From assembly GCF_009914755.1 (NCBI RefSeq), contig NC_060927.1: a stretch of 64,000 nucleotides of DNA, one strand, 5' to 3'. Position 1 is the stretch's first letter. Every line of letters begins with the position of its first letter. Positions 1 to 18,101 of the stretch are shown piece after piece. The stretch comes from the human T2T-CHM13v2.0 reference genome, Homo sapiens. A program made the position numbers and the translations under genes. The notes under the pieces are model-generated. The model saw nothing but the letters and a program-made list of their open reading frames with translations, had not been told where the DNA came from and searched no databases.

Positions 1-419
1 GCAAACAAGAGCAGAGTTATTTTATATTACTGAGACATTTTGAACAAGAATGTTAGACAGAGTGAATTGAATAACTTTTCTTAGGATTTAGCTCATTTTC
101 TATCATTTCACATGTGTTGACTTTTAAAAATCTATTTTTAATTATTTCAACTGGCAATTTAATAAATACATTTGCATAATGTCCTGAAAGTTCAGGGTAG
201 ATTTGTATGTGTAACGTTCTCAAAATAGAGGGGAGAACTGTTGGGAAAGCTTTGCATGTTTTATCTTAAGCAATACTTTTTCCTTAAAACCAAAGACATT
301 GAAAATTACAGCCACAGGTGGATGTTTGTTTTGAGCTAAAATAGTTAACAGTCTCATTTATGAGTCCTTGCTCTTTCCATTTAGCCCCATCAAAAGGGAT
401 GAGTTTATTTACACAGTGA

Positions 420-733
<314 letters not shown>

Positions 734-1848
734 GATCCTTCTTTATTTTTAATAAAATCTTTAATCAGAGAAACCTGGAAAATAGCATGAAGGCGTGTCC
801 ATTTGGTGGCTTCCAGATAGGAACTTGATTTACCTGCAGGAAGTGACAGCTTAGTAAATGATCCTTTTGAAAATATTGCTGTTATTACTCTTTAAATCCG
901 GATTTGTATTAAGCCATCCTTGCTATGTCCTTGATCCTTCTTTGAATCCATTGCAGACTGAAATATCTCAATCCGCCAGATGTTCTGATACTGAACAATA
1001 GCTGTGCAATAATAATGATACAATCTCAAACACATCACAGATGCACTGTTAGTATCCATTACTGTAGAAGAAAAAACTTTGTTAGCACACGCTAATTACT
1101 TCTGTGATGGGGAGGAAAACAAAAATCCATATTAATTTATATCTTTATGGTCTGCATTATATTTCTTCATGAATAATCTATCTTAACCATTTATTAAACT
1201 ATGAATACATTTTTATAAATTTGGTTGACATTTAGGTATTTTATTAAACACAATAAATGCCAGAGGAAATTGAATTAAGAAAGCTTGTAATACGCTTTAC
1301 TACTAGTTAAAAAAAATTTGTAGCTGTAAATGGTTCTGCTCTATATCAAGAATAAATCTGTTCCCAGACCACAGAATTCTTGTTCTTTTTCATACCAGAG
1401 GCCCTGACCTTTTTTGTTGATAGCTGGTTTTTAACAGCTTCACCATAGGTTTTATTCCTTTTGATTTGTAAGAAATTTGATTATCAGCCTTGAACAGAAA
1501 TCATAATCACAGCAAAAGGAGGCAAGTAACTTGGGGAATAATACAGAGTCATTTGAACAGCAGTGTGAAGTCTGAGTTTAACTGACTCAGATGCCCACTC
1601 TAGTAGAGCACTCATCAGACTTCAGACCAAATCCACTTCGGACAGAGAAGTCTCCATAAGGTATTCAGACTGGCTTCCCCTGTCTTTAAAACAAATAAAT
1701 AAACTCTACTTAATATAATAATAACTGAATTTAAGTATTTCCACAGATTAGCAATTTACGTGAGAGAAATCACCAATAACATCAAGCATATAGCCTGAAA
1801 GTCTGAAATTGATGAGAGGGATACAATTGGAGCCACTAGTTATTAATC

Positions 1849-1884
1849 ATACGTGTGTATGTGCATGTGCACGTGTGTGTGTGT
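1849..1884. repeat. Alternating purine-pyrimidine (TG/CA-rich) tract
   Basis: ATACGTGTGTATGTGCATGTGCACGTGTGTGTGTGT seen directly. Confidence 0.7.
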
Positions 1885-2013
1885 TTGTGTACAATTCTGT
1901 CTAAATTGGAACTGATCTTAAACCCATTTATATTTTTTTGTGGCAGAAATTTTATGAGGTAGGCAGGGTGAAGGAAGGCACTATTAACTTTGACTTTATA
2001 AAACTTAGAATTG

Positions 2014-2330
<317 letters not shown>

Positions 2331-3059
2331 CTACGTTGGTTATGTAATTTGAAACAAATATATGTTGTGGGATAATCTTAACGTGAGCTAACTGGTATAT
2401 ATTAACTAAAGTCGTTGAAATATTTAATTTTGAAATGCAATAATATTTTCTCAAATTAATGCTCCCGCCTGAAAATCTGTGAGCCAGATAGTAATAATTA
2501 ACTTCTACCTCTACCTAGGATTCCTCCACCTCCAACTATTTTATCATTGGAAATGCATGAAGGACAAACAACTCACCATTTCTGCCCACTTTAGATGCTA
2601 AGGTGATATTGATCACTTTGTCCCATGTGGAAGAACATCTAATGATATGTTGGGTTGTCTCATCCATAAGTTTATTAGTCAATCTTATGTTTTATTTGTA
2701 CCTAGCAATGCCAAGCACACTGTATGTGCTGCTTCATTAATACTTATGAATAAATATGTGAATGAAATTTCAAAAACCATGAGGTGCCCTTTTGTGGATT
2801 CAATATGTTTTGTATAATGGTGGAGCCACCCTGGAAGAAGCTGCTTTGTTTACCCATAACAGCTTATATTTATTGTGTGAGACATTGTCCTTCACAGTTT
2901 ACATATATAATGATGATATAGTCTTCAAGAGTATGAAGTATAGATACTGTTAACATCTGTTTTCAGATAAGGTGCTGGCACTTAGAAAAGTTAGGTAACT
3001 TTTCAATCATTCCAGATTTCCTAAGACATAGAGCCATGGCGTAAATCTGTGCACTTGTT

Positions 3060-3470
3060 TTAAAATAATACAGCTTTATTGAGATAAAATTTATATACCA
3101 TATAGTTTACTTTTTTAAAGTGTACAATTTAGTATATTCAGAGTGAATAATAATTATAATACTAATTCATCATTACAATCAATTTTAGAATGTTTTTATC
3201 ACCCCTGCCCCCCAAAATTGCTTCCACTCGTTTCCCCTATTCACTCCCCAACCCAGCTCTGGACAACCACTAATCCACTTTCTGTCCCGACATTTCATTA
3301 AATGGAAGCAGGCGATATGTGGTTCTTTATGACTGACTTATTTCACTTAGTCTATTGGTTTTTAAGGTTCACCAGGTTATAGCATGTATCAATTTCTTTT
3401 TATTGCAGAAAAATATTACATTGTATGGATATACCACATTTTATTTATTTATTCATTAGATGATGGATAT
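3060..3470 (-). mobile_element. Old L1 (L1MB/L1MC-type) 3'-end fragment
   Basis: CAGCTTTATTGAGATA, AAAGTGTACAATT, ACCACTAATCCACTTTCTGTC and TTGTATGGATATACCACATTTT are typical antisense L1M 3' UTR motifs. Boundaries approximate. Confidence 0.75.
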
Positions 3471-3602
3471 TAATCAATGCTCATTTGACCACAGCTGTCT
3501 GTTATCTGTCTTTCTCATGACTTTGGATTAAATTACTACTATAGCAGGTCTCTCATACCTTGCAATTTCAGCAGCTCCGTTGTTCAGCGCTGCTAGTTCT
3601 CT

Positions 3603-3629
3603 TTCAGCACTACCGCAGAGGACAGCTCC
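3603..3629 (+). promoter_or_regulatory. Candidate non-canonical (expanded-spacer) REST/NRSF RE1 site
   Basis: Left half TTCAGCACT (3603-3611), 8-nt spacer, right half GGACAGCTCC (3620-3629); canonical RE1 is TTCAGCACC-nn-GGACAGCGCC. Confidence 0.45.
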
Positions 3630-4609
3630 AAGTTTATGGTTTCTGAGTCCCACAGGCGCCTCTGATTCTGCCTAGCTGAGATCCTCAGAGAGGTATAATA
3701 AAGCAAGCAAATCTGGGTAGGAGCACAGCGACTTTCCCTCTGTCTGCAGGTATTTAGAGCTGATTGTATCCTCAGAATACTGTGTAAACGGTATATTTTG
3801 TATCACAATAGATTATCACCTTTGGATTTTTCATTTTCAATAGGAATTAGATTATGGCATCTTTGGTTGAGTGTTATTTAGATTTCCTGTAAATCTAGGT
3901 TACATATAAGTAGGTAAGATGCACAGTGAAATTCAGTCCATCTATCTTTTGATGGGCTATTCGAAGTAGTAGTATTAAGGATCATTTGGTGAAATTACTT
4001 GTTCATTACATTGTAATGGGAAGTTAGAAGCCAATATGTAAGTAGATAATTTCTTTTACAATATATTTTCTTTTCAAGTTTAGATTTATATGCTTATTAA
4101 CTTTATCCTTCATATCAAATTAAATTTGTTATTGAATGCCTTATGTAATAATCATGTAGCTTAGTTACAATGCTCAATCTTCTGTCATAAGGTATATTTG
4201 TATACTTAAGAATGAAATTAATTACACGTTATAAACATCACAGTGGAAAATATTAGTTGGATTATTAATCTACACCATTTACATTCTATGAAACATATTT
4301 AGGGCCAGATTCTATTAGTACTTTTAAAAATTTTACATGATCCTTGACATTGATTATGATTAAAGACAGACCAAAGGGAGGAAAGGGGTGTTATATCACT
4401 TATGAGGAAGACACTTAACATCTTTTCGCTTGAGTTCACAACATAATTTAGATGAAACACTGTTGGCCTTGGTAATTAGGAAAATAATAAAGGCAAGGAG
4501 TTGGCTTTATCACATTGTGTGAACTGACCCAACAATAATGTGTCAGAAATACAGCATATTCCCAGTTTGTTTGCTCAACAGAAGCAGATAAACAGAAGGA
4601 GCTTTCTCT

Positions 4610-4695
4610 AAGCCACATACATTACAATGGAGACATAAATTACAATGGAGCTTTTTCCATTGTAATTTATGTCTCCATTGTAATGTATGTGGCTT
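4610..4695. repeat. Perfect 40-bp inverted repeat with 6-nt loop
   Basis: 4610-4649 is the exact reverse complement of 4656-4695; loop GCTTTT. Confidence 0.97.
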
Positions 4696-5489
4696 GGGAC
4701 CATTGTCTTTGTAATAATCTGGTAAGATTGTATCTTTTGAAAACATCAAATGTGTTATTTTTTCAAAGTGATTTGGCCAACGGGGAAATTATGCAGTTAT
4801 TTATTTATTTATTCATAAGCCACTAATAAGGGCAAAACTGAGATTCTAAAATGATTAGAATAATAATAAGGGTGTTAAAAAGTGATTTTTCACTTCCTAT
4901 GGCAAGCAGAATTCACTTATAGGTCCATTTCCCTGGTGCTGCTATGACCTTTATATTCATTTTATGCTCAGAGCTATCAATTGTTTTCAAATGTTGACAC
5001 TTGAAAAATCGCTGTATGAATGATCATGTAGTTCCCACAGTTACTGGTGCTAGAGATTTCTGATTCTACTCTGGCCTGGGCAGCTGTCAGCCTAGCATGG
5101 CAGTAAGTAGCTTTCTTACCTATTAGAGAATGCCCTCAGTTCAAAGAAAGGAGACATATGTGACAACTGAGAGGGTTAATTGTTCCTATAAATGAATTCA
5201 TTGAAAAGTATTTCACAACATACTTGTTTCAGGAAAGTCTCTGAGAATTATTTTATTTATTGTTTTTTTGGTTGATCATGACCTTTTATTGTGTTTATTT
5301 GCTTAATATTCTGAATCAACCTATTGCTGAATTTCTAAGTAATGTACTTTATTAGTTGCTAAATTTAACTTATCCTTTCTTATATACCAATGATATAGTT
5401 TCCAAATCTTAGATTCTTCTTGAATAGTACTTTCTCTTTATGTTGACCAATTCATATACTATACTTTGATGAAATAATTTTTGTGAATC

Positions 5490-9400
<3,911 letters not shown>

Positions 9401-11931
9401 TTGTTTCTTCCCCATTTCCATCAACATCCCTGCAGTCCAGGCCTTCACATGGCAGGGAAATGACAGATGTATTATACCCTGTTTAGGTAATTGTTGCCAT
9501 TTCAGAATGGAGTCCCAGTGATGCTTGGTCTTTTAATATATGAGTGGAAATCAGAATTTTTAAGTTTTTGGAACACTTCAATATTTTAATGTTGACAACT
9601 AATAGAGTTTTTAAAAAATACATTAGACATAGTTTGTGGAACAAGCAAGTTATGTCTAATGAGCACATGGAATCAAAGAGAAACCATTTGCCACCTCTGT
9701 TTTCCACATGTGGAAAGTCTCAGGACCAGCTCAATTCTGGCATGCTTGCTTTCATATATGTTGTTTACTGATACTTACATAAATATTTCCTATCTGTAAA
9801 ATAGTGGGAAATAGAAATAGTAAAAGCTTACTTGTATTAAATACTTTATGGTATGCTGGTGATGTTTATGTCCCTACCTCTTTTTATATCAACTTATTTT
9901 AGTTTTCAGGTGGAATATGTTCAAATTTTATCAGACTCCAATCAAATACTGCAGTAGTTTCTAAGTCTTAGAGCTGTTGGTACCAGATGGATGGATGGAT
10001 GAATTTGTGTTCTCATGATTGAGACATTACAATAAGGGGAAAGAGTATTACAGCAACAGTCAAATGACTTGGCTTTAGCCCTCAACTAATTTATTGGGTG
10101 CTTTTCAAGTTTCCTACTCTTATAAACTTCAGTTTTCTCTTCTATAAAATGAAAAGATTAGCCTTGATCATTTTTAAAGTCCCCCAGGCTAACATTGGCT
10201 ATGACTGACACTGTGGAGCTATGGGATCTGCATGAGAAATTTTTCTCAGTCAGTACAGCATGCACAAGGGAGAATGGCTTTATTTTATGTCACAATGCAG
10301 AATGTCTGTTGTTTGCTATCCCTAAAAGTGATGTCCTCTATGATTTACAAAGCCTATGGAGACATTTGCAGCATAAGGGACCGCCTTCCCACTTTTTCAC
10401 CTCAGCACATGCTACCTCATCACACTTTCTCCTTATTTTTAGTTTTATGCCATCATCTGCAGGTAATGTTTGACCTAAAACCTACACCATTACTTGTTCC
10501 CTTTTAAAAATGGCTTCACTTGTACCCCAATGGCATATCGAGCACCTGTGAGACTTCAGGTGTTGTTTGATAGTTTAACTAAAATTACCATGATTATCTG
10601 TGTATATGAAAGGCTTTTAACCCTCCACTACCTAAAACTCACTCGTTCTGTGCTCTCACTTGTTTTCTATTATAATACAGAAATAAAAGGATTGCATTTG
10701 AATACTGAAAAATTGTCTTACTGCCAGTGCTTGAGTGCACAAATCCGGTTAACTCTCAAATGATAGCTATTCAACCTGTCTTTCAAAGCAGTAGATGTGT
10801 TTTGAAAATTTCACATTTGATTTATAAACAAAAAGACTCCCTTGACTTTATCCTCCTGTTTTCCAGACTTTTTTATTTTTTAAGAATGAAAAATAACAGC
10901 TAAGGAATGTGGCCTGGAATGAAAATATCCGAATCAGAAGCAAACAGAATAAAAACACACCTACCTTTCCCCCTGAAATAACATTAATGTCTTATTGGAT
11001 CTGACAAAATTCAATGAATTTCTAATTAAAGACTGTTTCCCCACTCCTGATTCAACCTGTCCTGCCTAGCAGTAGTAGCAAGAATGAGTCATAGTCTCTT
11101 CAGAAAGTAAAGCATTGCAGATTGAGTTAATGATGAATTTTTCCCCCTTGATTTGAAATACTCTTGCCTCTGTCTTTCCGTCAACCCTAGAATAGTACCT
11201 TGATTTGTAATTTTATATTGATTTTAATTTGCTTCATTATTTTTCTTGTAGCCATTAAAAATATATCAAACAGAATCATACTTGACAAGAAGCATAAAGA
11301 AACATTCCACTGATACTGGAACTGTTGGGTTTTCTTTCTACTGAAGCTTTTAATGATTCTTTGCCAATCTACTTTTTAATCATCTGAAGTAAAAGTAGTA
11401 TAAAGCGTGTTACTTGAAGCATTCTTGACAGAGAATGCAGCTGTGCACCTGTGAGAACAAATAACTGATGTTCCTTTTGGTCACTCAGCAGGAATAGCAT
11501 TTTAATAGGTTTCTTCACTGATCCGGCATGCTAAGAGTAGTTTGTAGTGTGCATTTAATCTACTGTCTGTATAGGTAGCTCATTATGTCAAGGAAAGGCT
11601 TATGCACATTTATAATACTTTGTAAACTGTATGATTAGATCATTATTTAGAAAATTGCTTGTATGGGAAATGGTTGAATAGAAACATGTTTTCCAAGCAA
11701 TTACGTTTCCTTCTTAAAACTCTTTGTCCTTCATTTAAAGATAAACAGAACTTCTTAGGTAACCCTTAGATATTTTCCTGAGTTATAGAGTTTTGGAGGA
11801 TTCTTAAGGATGTGTATCTGACATATTGTAAGCACGTAATAAATATTTATTAAATGGATGAATGAAACTAATTAAGAAAAAAGTGAGAGTTTTTTTTTGA
11901 TACGATAAAACTTTTTTTTAAGATAAAAATG

Positions 11932-12052
11932 GCACTTTGGGAGGTTAAGGCGGCAGGATCACTGAGCCCAGGAGTTCAAGATCAGCCTGAGTAACATAGT
12001 GGGACCTTGTCTCTACAAAAAATAAATTAGCCAGGTATAGTGGTGCACACCT
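11932..12052 (+). mobile_element. Truncated AluJ fragment
   Basis: GCACTTTGGGAGG...GAGCCCAGGAGTTCAAGATCAGCCTG...AATTAGCCAGGTATAGTGGTGCACACCT. Confidence 0.8.
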
Positions 12053-12859
12053 CGTGAGGCCAAACATATTGCTATGACCAGTGGAATACCAGTGGAAAGA
12101 ACATGAATCACAACAGGATGGCAGGTTTTAAAACCAGTTGCTAGGTCTCCTTTTATTAATGTTGTGGAGATTTCAGAAATGTTTATTAATATTAAATAGT
12201 TTTCATCCTCCTGAATAATTAGGGCAATCAAACACTGCCAACCAACATTTGACATACAGCATAAAAGTCAAGTAAATTGCATTTATTTTTGCTGTTAATA
12301 TTGGACTATCACTAAGCAAATCTTGCTGGTGTAAACTTCTTAGTCATTGGCCAGTTTGTTACAAAGATCTATGAAAAATTCTTATCCCAGTGAGCCAGGA
12401 GAAACTTCTCCCAGGAGATCCTGAAATCTAAAGTAGGAACACATGCCTCTCTATGTGACATCCATTGTGACACAGATGGTTTGGTCCTTTCCAATAATAA
12501 AAAAAATGGTGCGTTTTGGAATACTTGTGCTTTTTGAAACTATAAATCACATTATGAGTATAAAGAACACAGCTTTTGAAAAAAATAAACTTTTTTTTCC
12601 AAATGTTGGAGAAACCAGTGTTTCCAGTTGATTGACCTAAGATGGGTGTTTTAGGCCCTTTTGGATTTTTAAACTGTTTTTACGTGTATGTTTCCGTGTG
12701 TTTGTGTGGTGGCTTGTATTTATGGATGTGTGCTGTTCGTTGCTATGATAGGAAATAACATTGAAAACTGGAGTTATATGTTATTAAGAACATAACAAAA
12801 ATAAAAACACTGTGTGAAAATCTGTGAGTTAGGATCAAAAATTTTATCTTCAGGCAAAT

Positions 12860-14850
12860 ATATATAGCCTTAAAAAAGTTATCACATGACATATTGTAAA
12901 TAAAATGAAGTAATGTTCAACTTGAAAAGTTAGAAAAGACAATAAAACTATTGGAGTAAGTAAAATAATTAAAAGATGATTAAATAATGATCAAGAAATA
13001 GAAACAAAAAATAGAAAACAACAGAAAATAGATTAGATAGATCCAAGAACTATTACTTAAAAGCAAGACGTACATAAACTGTTTAAACGTCTTGTACAGA
13101 AAAACAAAAATATAGTCATTATAAGAAGGGGTTATATCAATACTGAAGGGATTAAAAATATTAAGGAAAATGGATAATATTTTTATCAATGCAAATTATA
13201 TAAATTAACTCATGTTTAAAAACATTAATAAACAAGATAACCTAGGAAAAGAAACCCTGAAAAGTTGTCATTTTTACCTCCAAAAAAATGCAGTGTGCTG
13301 TCATCTTAATGGATAAACCACTTTAAATTATTAACAGATAAGCAATTTTATGGTAAAAAAATTGATTCAGAAATAGAGGAAAAACTGAAAAGTGTCCTTT
13401 ACCAAGCAGCATAATTTTAAACACCTGAAACAGAATCTGACGCTCAGAATAAATATCAGGGCCGGAGGTGGGGTGGTGATTCTGAAACCCCTGTTAGCCA
13501 TTAGCCATGCTCATACAGTCACTCCCAACTATATGTTTGATACACTTTCTTAACCATTCCTGACTGAAAAACACTATAGAGTAACAAAAATAATTAGTAG
13601 TGTAGTAATAGATTGATACTTTATATGACGCAAACCTAAGACAATATAGTACTTAAGGAGAAAGCATTTCAGGCATACCCACCAAATACCCCCCAAAATA
13701 AAGGATGCTTCCCTTATACTTTGTTTAACTTAGTGATTCTTAAAGTTTTTCTGTCTAGTAAGAGATGAAAAAGGAATAACTGTAAAATTGGAAAAGCATA
13801 TAAAGTTATTTCTGCCTATAAGAAATATGATTATGCCCTTATTTATACCTGTGAATCTGAAAACTTTAAACTAAAAATACATGTTTTATAACACCTTTTA
13901 AAATGTACTGTTTTTATTTAATTTCAGTTTTCTTGTCAAAAACAAACAAGAGTGTACAATTAAAATTGATAACAACAAAGTATAAAATTCATATGAATTG
14001 ACTTAACAAGAGATGTCCAATTCTTATGTGACAGAAGCCATAATAATTTGCCAAAGAACATGAAGTTTCAATAAAATGGGAAGGTTAAATATGATACAGA
14101 ATTTAGTTTCATGCACACACATACATATGTATATATATTAGAATTCTAAAATTATCCTGAAGTACAACTGGAGGAATAATATTCAAGGGTAGCCAAGGGA
14201 GTTTCGAAAATAACTAAAAAAATTTTTTAATGAAATGTTTATATAATATTAGATGGATTAGACAAATGAAAAGGTCAAGAAACTGACCTACATACATATT
14301 AGAAGTGAATTTCTGTTGAGGTTGGCATTTCGGTGAAGCTGTATAAATGTGGATTATATGAGCATGATGTGATAATAGGTGAAAGGGTAGGGCAAATCAT
14401 TATCTCCCTGTATATCAGATGAAACTCAGATTTATTAAGGAATAAATGTTAAATATATAATTACAACAGAATCCAAACAAACAAGGTAACTATATGATTT
14501 GGGGATAAGGTGAGCCTTTCTTTAAAAAAAAGGATAAAATGAGATATCTATCGATTTAATACTGTAGTAATTTGATACAAATGTAAAAGAAATACAATTA
14601 CAATTATTAACAAAATGAGAAAAAATTTGCAAATCTTAAACGGAAAAAAATTGCGATATCTCTAAATCTAATAAGCAAATGACATATCAATTAAGCAGCA
14701 AAATATGAACAATCAATTTTGAAGAATAAGAAATACAGAGAGCTTCTTAACAGCTTCAGTGTTAATCAATGAACTGTTCATTTAAGTTATTATATCATGT
14801 TTCAGGTATCAAATTGGTAAACAGGAAAAAGAAAAATTAATGCCCACTGT
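12860..14850 (+). mobile_element. Very old L1 (L1ME/L1M4-like) ORF2 remnants
   Basis: Strongly A-rich plus strand with faint L1 ORF2-like motifs; heavily decayed. Confidence 0.45.
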
Positions 14851-16489
14851 TTCAGAGGTTTTCAATAAACATGTTATTTTATATTTCCTAAGAGTTTTTA
14901 ATTTAAATAATAAAATCCACTGAAATGTACATCAAAAAGAAACATGCATACAAAAACAAAAGGAGCTTTATTGGAAATGTATAGGACAGTTCACAGAATT
15001 AAAAGAATTAGCTATGAACAGCTATGTAGAAGGAATTTGAAAGTTAGTCAATATCATTGAGCATAAATCAGCTCCATTTTTTTTTGCACGCTATAATAAG
15101 TAACTTCTCTTGAAATGAGAATTTCTAGTAGAGAAAGTGACCAATTGATTTAACTTAGGTAATTTTTGCCACTTGTATGAATTAAGGTGAAAACTTTAGA
15201 CGGGCTGTCTTGTTGACACTCATCCAACATGTATTCATCAGTTTCCCAAACGAGAAGTGGGATGCTGTTATCTGAAGTAAAGAGAGGCACTTGGTAGGCG
15301 AAAACAGTGGATATCCAGCTTGGTTATTAATAAGGATGTTAACAGTATTATTTTTTTTAATGGTGGGCTTACGAGATTTCTATTTTTCTATTTATGCTTT
15401 TTGCTTTTTTCTATTTTTTTCCTCAGAAATAAGACTGTTATAATCAGAAGTAAAAAGGTTACTGAAATATGTAACTGGAGAATATGTTGAGACACCCTGA
15501 ACTGGCCCATTTTTAGCCAATTCATTTTTTTAATGTGCTAGATAAATTTATGCGTCCTAGAATCAGAAGGCTTTGAATCAATCAAGTTCTGGTTTTACCA
15601 GTAATGAACATTAGTAAGACATTTAACTAGTGTTGAGTCTTGGAGCTATTAACTAGAAATTATGAATTATGTTACTATCTATATAAAACTTTTAAAAATT
15701 TGGCTTAAAAAATTACATCCACATGTTTAATATATTTATAAGGCAGAATTCCTTGAACATATATATGACCTTTGATGAATGTTTGTTGAATATTTTCAGA
15801 GTTTCTTAATGCCAATCCCAAATATCACTTAGTCAAAAACTTATTTATCTTGAGACTTCTAACTTCTGGTATTATTTGGTTATATTGTTACCGTTTCTTC
15901 ACTGAAAAAAATGTCACCTCCCAAATGTCTCATCCTTGTGTTTTATTTGATTTTGAAGATGTGGGTCATCTTTTATGATGAACACAGGTTCTATTTTTAT
16001 ATCATAATCTCATGATGATTATGGTGAAATGAACAAATTAATAAATGGAAATAACAGTAGAATATTTGGTGGATTGTTAATAGATATTAAGTACTCTAGC
16101 AGATAGAGTCTTTTATTTTATTTGATCTCTATATATTAATTCATCTGTCTGACAATAAAATGTGTTTTTAAAGACATGCTTTATCAAGATGTATTTGAGG
16201 CATTTCCCCCCACTGATCTATTGTACTTAAAAATTTTTGAAAGCTCAAATTACACTAAATGACTGCAGAAAAAGTCCCAAATAGTAAGTTGCCAATTTGA
16301 AACTTTTATTAGTCTCAATTAGTTAATTTATTGAACTAATTTAAATAGATCAATAAATTAAGGTTTATAAAGAATATTCGGGCAGTCTTTTTCTTAAGAG
16401 AATCCTGCAAGACTGAGGCATAAGATACAGTCTGTTGATGTTTTTATCCCTTTCATTTATCCAAACAGTGTAAAACATTGCTTATCACA

Positions 16490-16662
16490 TTGGTATGACT
16501 TACAGGATTCAACAGAACACTTAGTCTTTTGTCTTCATTTTCCCCATTGCTTTGTATTTCTTTAGATTTAAGTTATAATTAACTTGAATATTAATCTTAG
16601 ATGGCATGATTTGATATGTTAAAACGAAGAGTTTAAGACGCCGAGCTCTGTGGTTCTCGCCT
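16490..16662 (+). repeat. 173-bp local duplication (derived copy of 17782-17954)
   Basis: 172/173 identical to 17782-17954 by direct comparison; the single mismatch is GTCTTCA vs GTCTGCA. Confidence 0.95.
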
Positions 16663-17931
16663 TAGTAATGTACACATTACAGTTGCCAGTTGACAGGTTT
16701 CATTTATCCATGGTTTTCTTTAAAATGCCTATTGATGCAAACCTTTTTAATAAGTAACTCAAAAGGAAAAACACACACCAATTAAGTTGACAGTGATCCC
16801 ATATATTTCTTCCTCTAATTTCCCTTTTGTGACTTCATTTTCCTTCCCCCATGCCTTCCTTTCTTTCTACATACATGCACACTATCACCATTCTAGTGGC
16901 CCCTGCCTTTAGGCACCATGTTTAAGCTCTCAGACCTCTCTTAAATACTTGTAACACTATCAATACTACCTATTTTGTTAGCATAATTGTATGGACTACA
17001 TGGCAAATATTTCTGAAGCACACTGTAAATGTCTGTATAAATGCAAGGATTAGCGTTGCCCGCTGAATCTAGACCTGATGGATTATCATAAAGAAGACAA
17101 GTTTGCATATCTGAATTCAATTAACAGTGGTACTTGTTTGTGATGGAGTTGGGGTTTCATTTAACTCCATCTCATTAATTTATGCAAGGACCAAATTTGT
17201 TTAGTGTAGTTTATTTGTTAGAAGAAGCTAGCGGGCAGAGGATTCATCAAAATAATAACCAAAACACTCAGAAAAATCAATAGCTACTTTTCAACTCCTG
17301 ATCTTTGTCCTCACCCAGAGTGAGTTCTAAACAAAATTGTGCAGGTTATCATTCCTGGATTTCGCGCTCCCTCTCACACACAAATCCTGAAGAGCATTAT
17401 CATACCCATTGGTTCGTTGTGCAGTGGATCACCGAGGCATTTCTTTATGTGTACTCTTTGGCCTACCATTCCGTTCTAATGGACAGTCATAGTTCATAGT
17501 GAGTTTGAAGTCTTTCTTCTAGTTAATCTGTCAATTTTTCTCACACAGTGCAGCTGCTGTGAAAGAAATTGGAGCTGTTACACTTTGTGCTTTGGTACAG
17601 TTTGTAAAATGCTAGGTAGGAGACAGGAAACCAAACACAGCATGCTACTAATTTCTTTAAAACGACTGATGTGCTAGAACTCAGAGTCTGTGTCCCAGAG
17701 AGCTGGCATCCCTTTTTTTCTGAGAAGACTAACGTCGTTTGAAAGTGTTATCTTACTTTTGCATCAACGATATAGATGCCTTTGGTATGACTTACAGGAT
17801 TCAACAGAACACTTAGTCTTTTGTCTGCATTTTCCCCATTGCTTTGTATTTCTTTAGATTTAAGTTATAATTAACTTGAATATTAATCTTAGATGGCATG
17901 ATTTGATATGTTAAAACGAAGAGTTTAAGAC

Positions 17932-18101
17932 GCCGAGCTCTGTGGTTCTCGCCTGTAGTTCCAGCTACTTGGAAGGCTGAGGCAGCAGGACTGCTTGGGC
18001 CCATGATATTGAGGCCACAGTGTGTGATGATTGCAACTGTGAATAACTTCTCTAGCCTGGGCAGGGTAACGAGAACTTGTCCCTAAAAAAAAAAAAAAAA
18101 A
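17932..18101 (+). mobile_element. FAM (fossil Alu monomer)
   Basis: Monomeric Alu-like sequence with the FAM-type CTGTGAATA motif and a poly-A tail at about 18085-18101. Confidence 0.8.
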
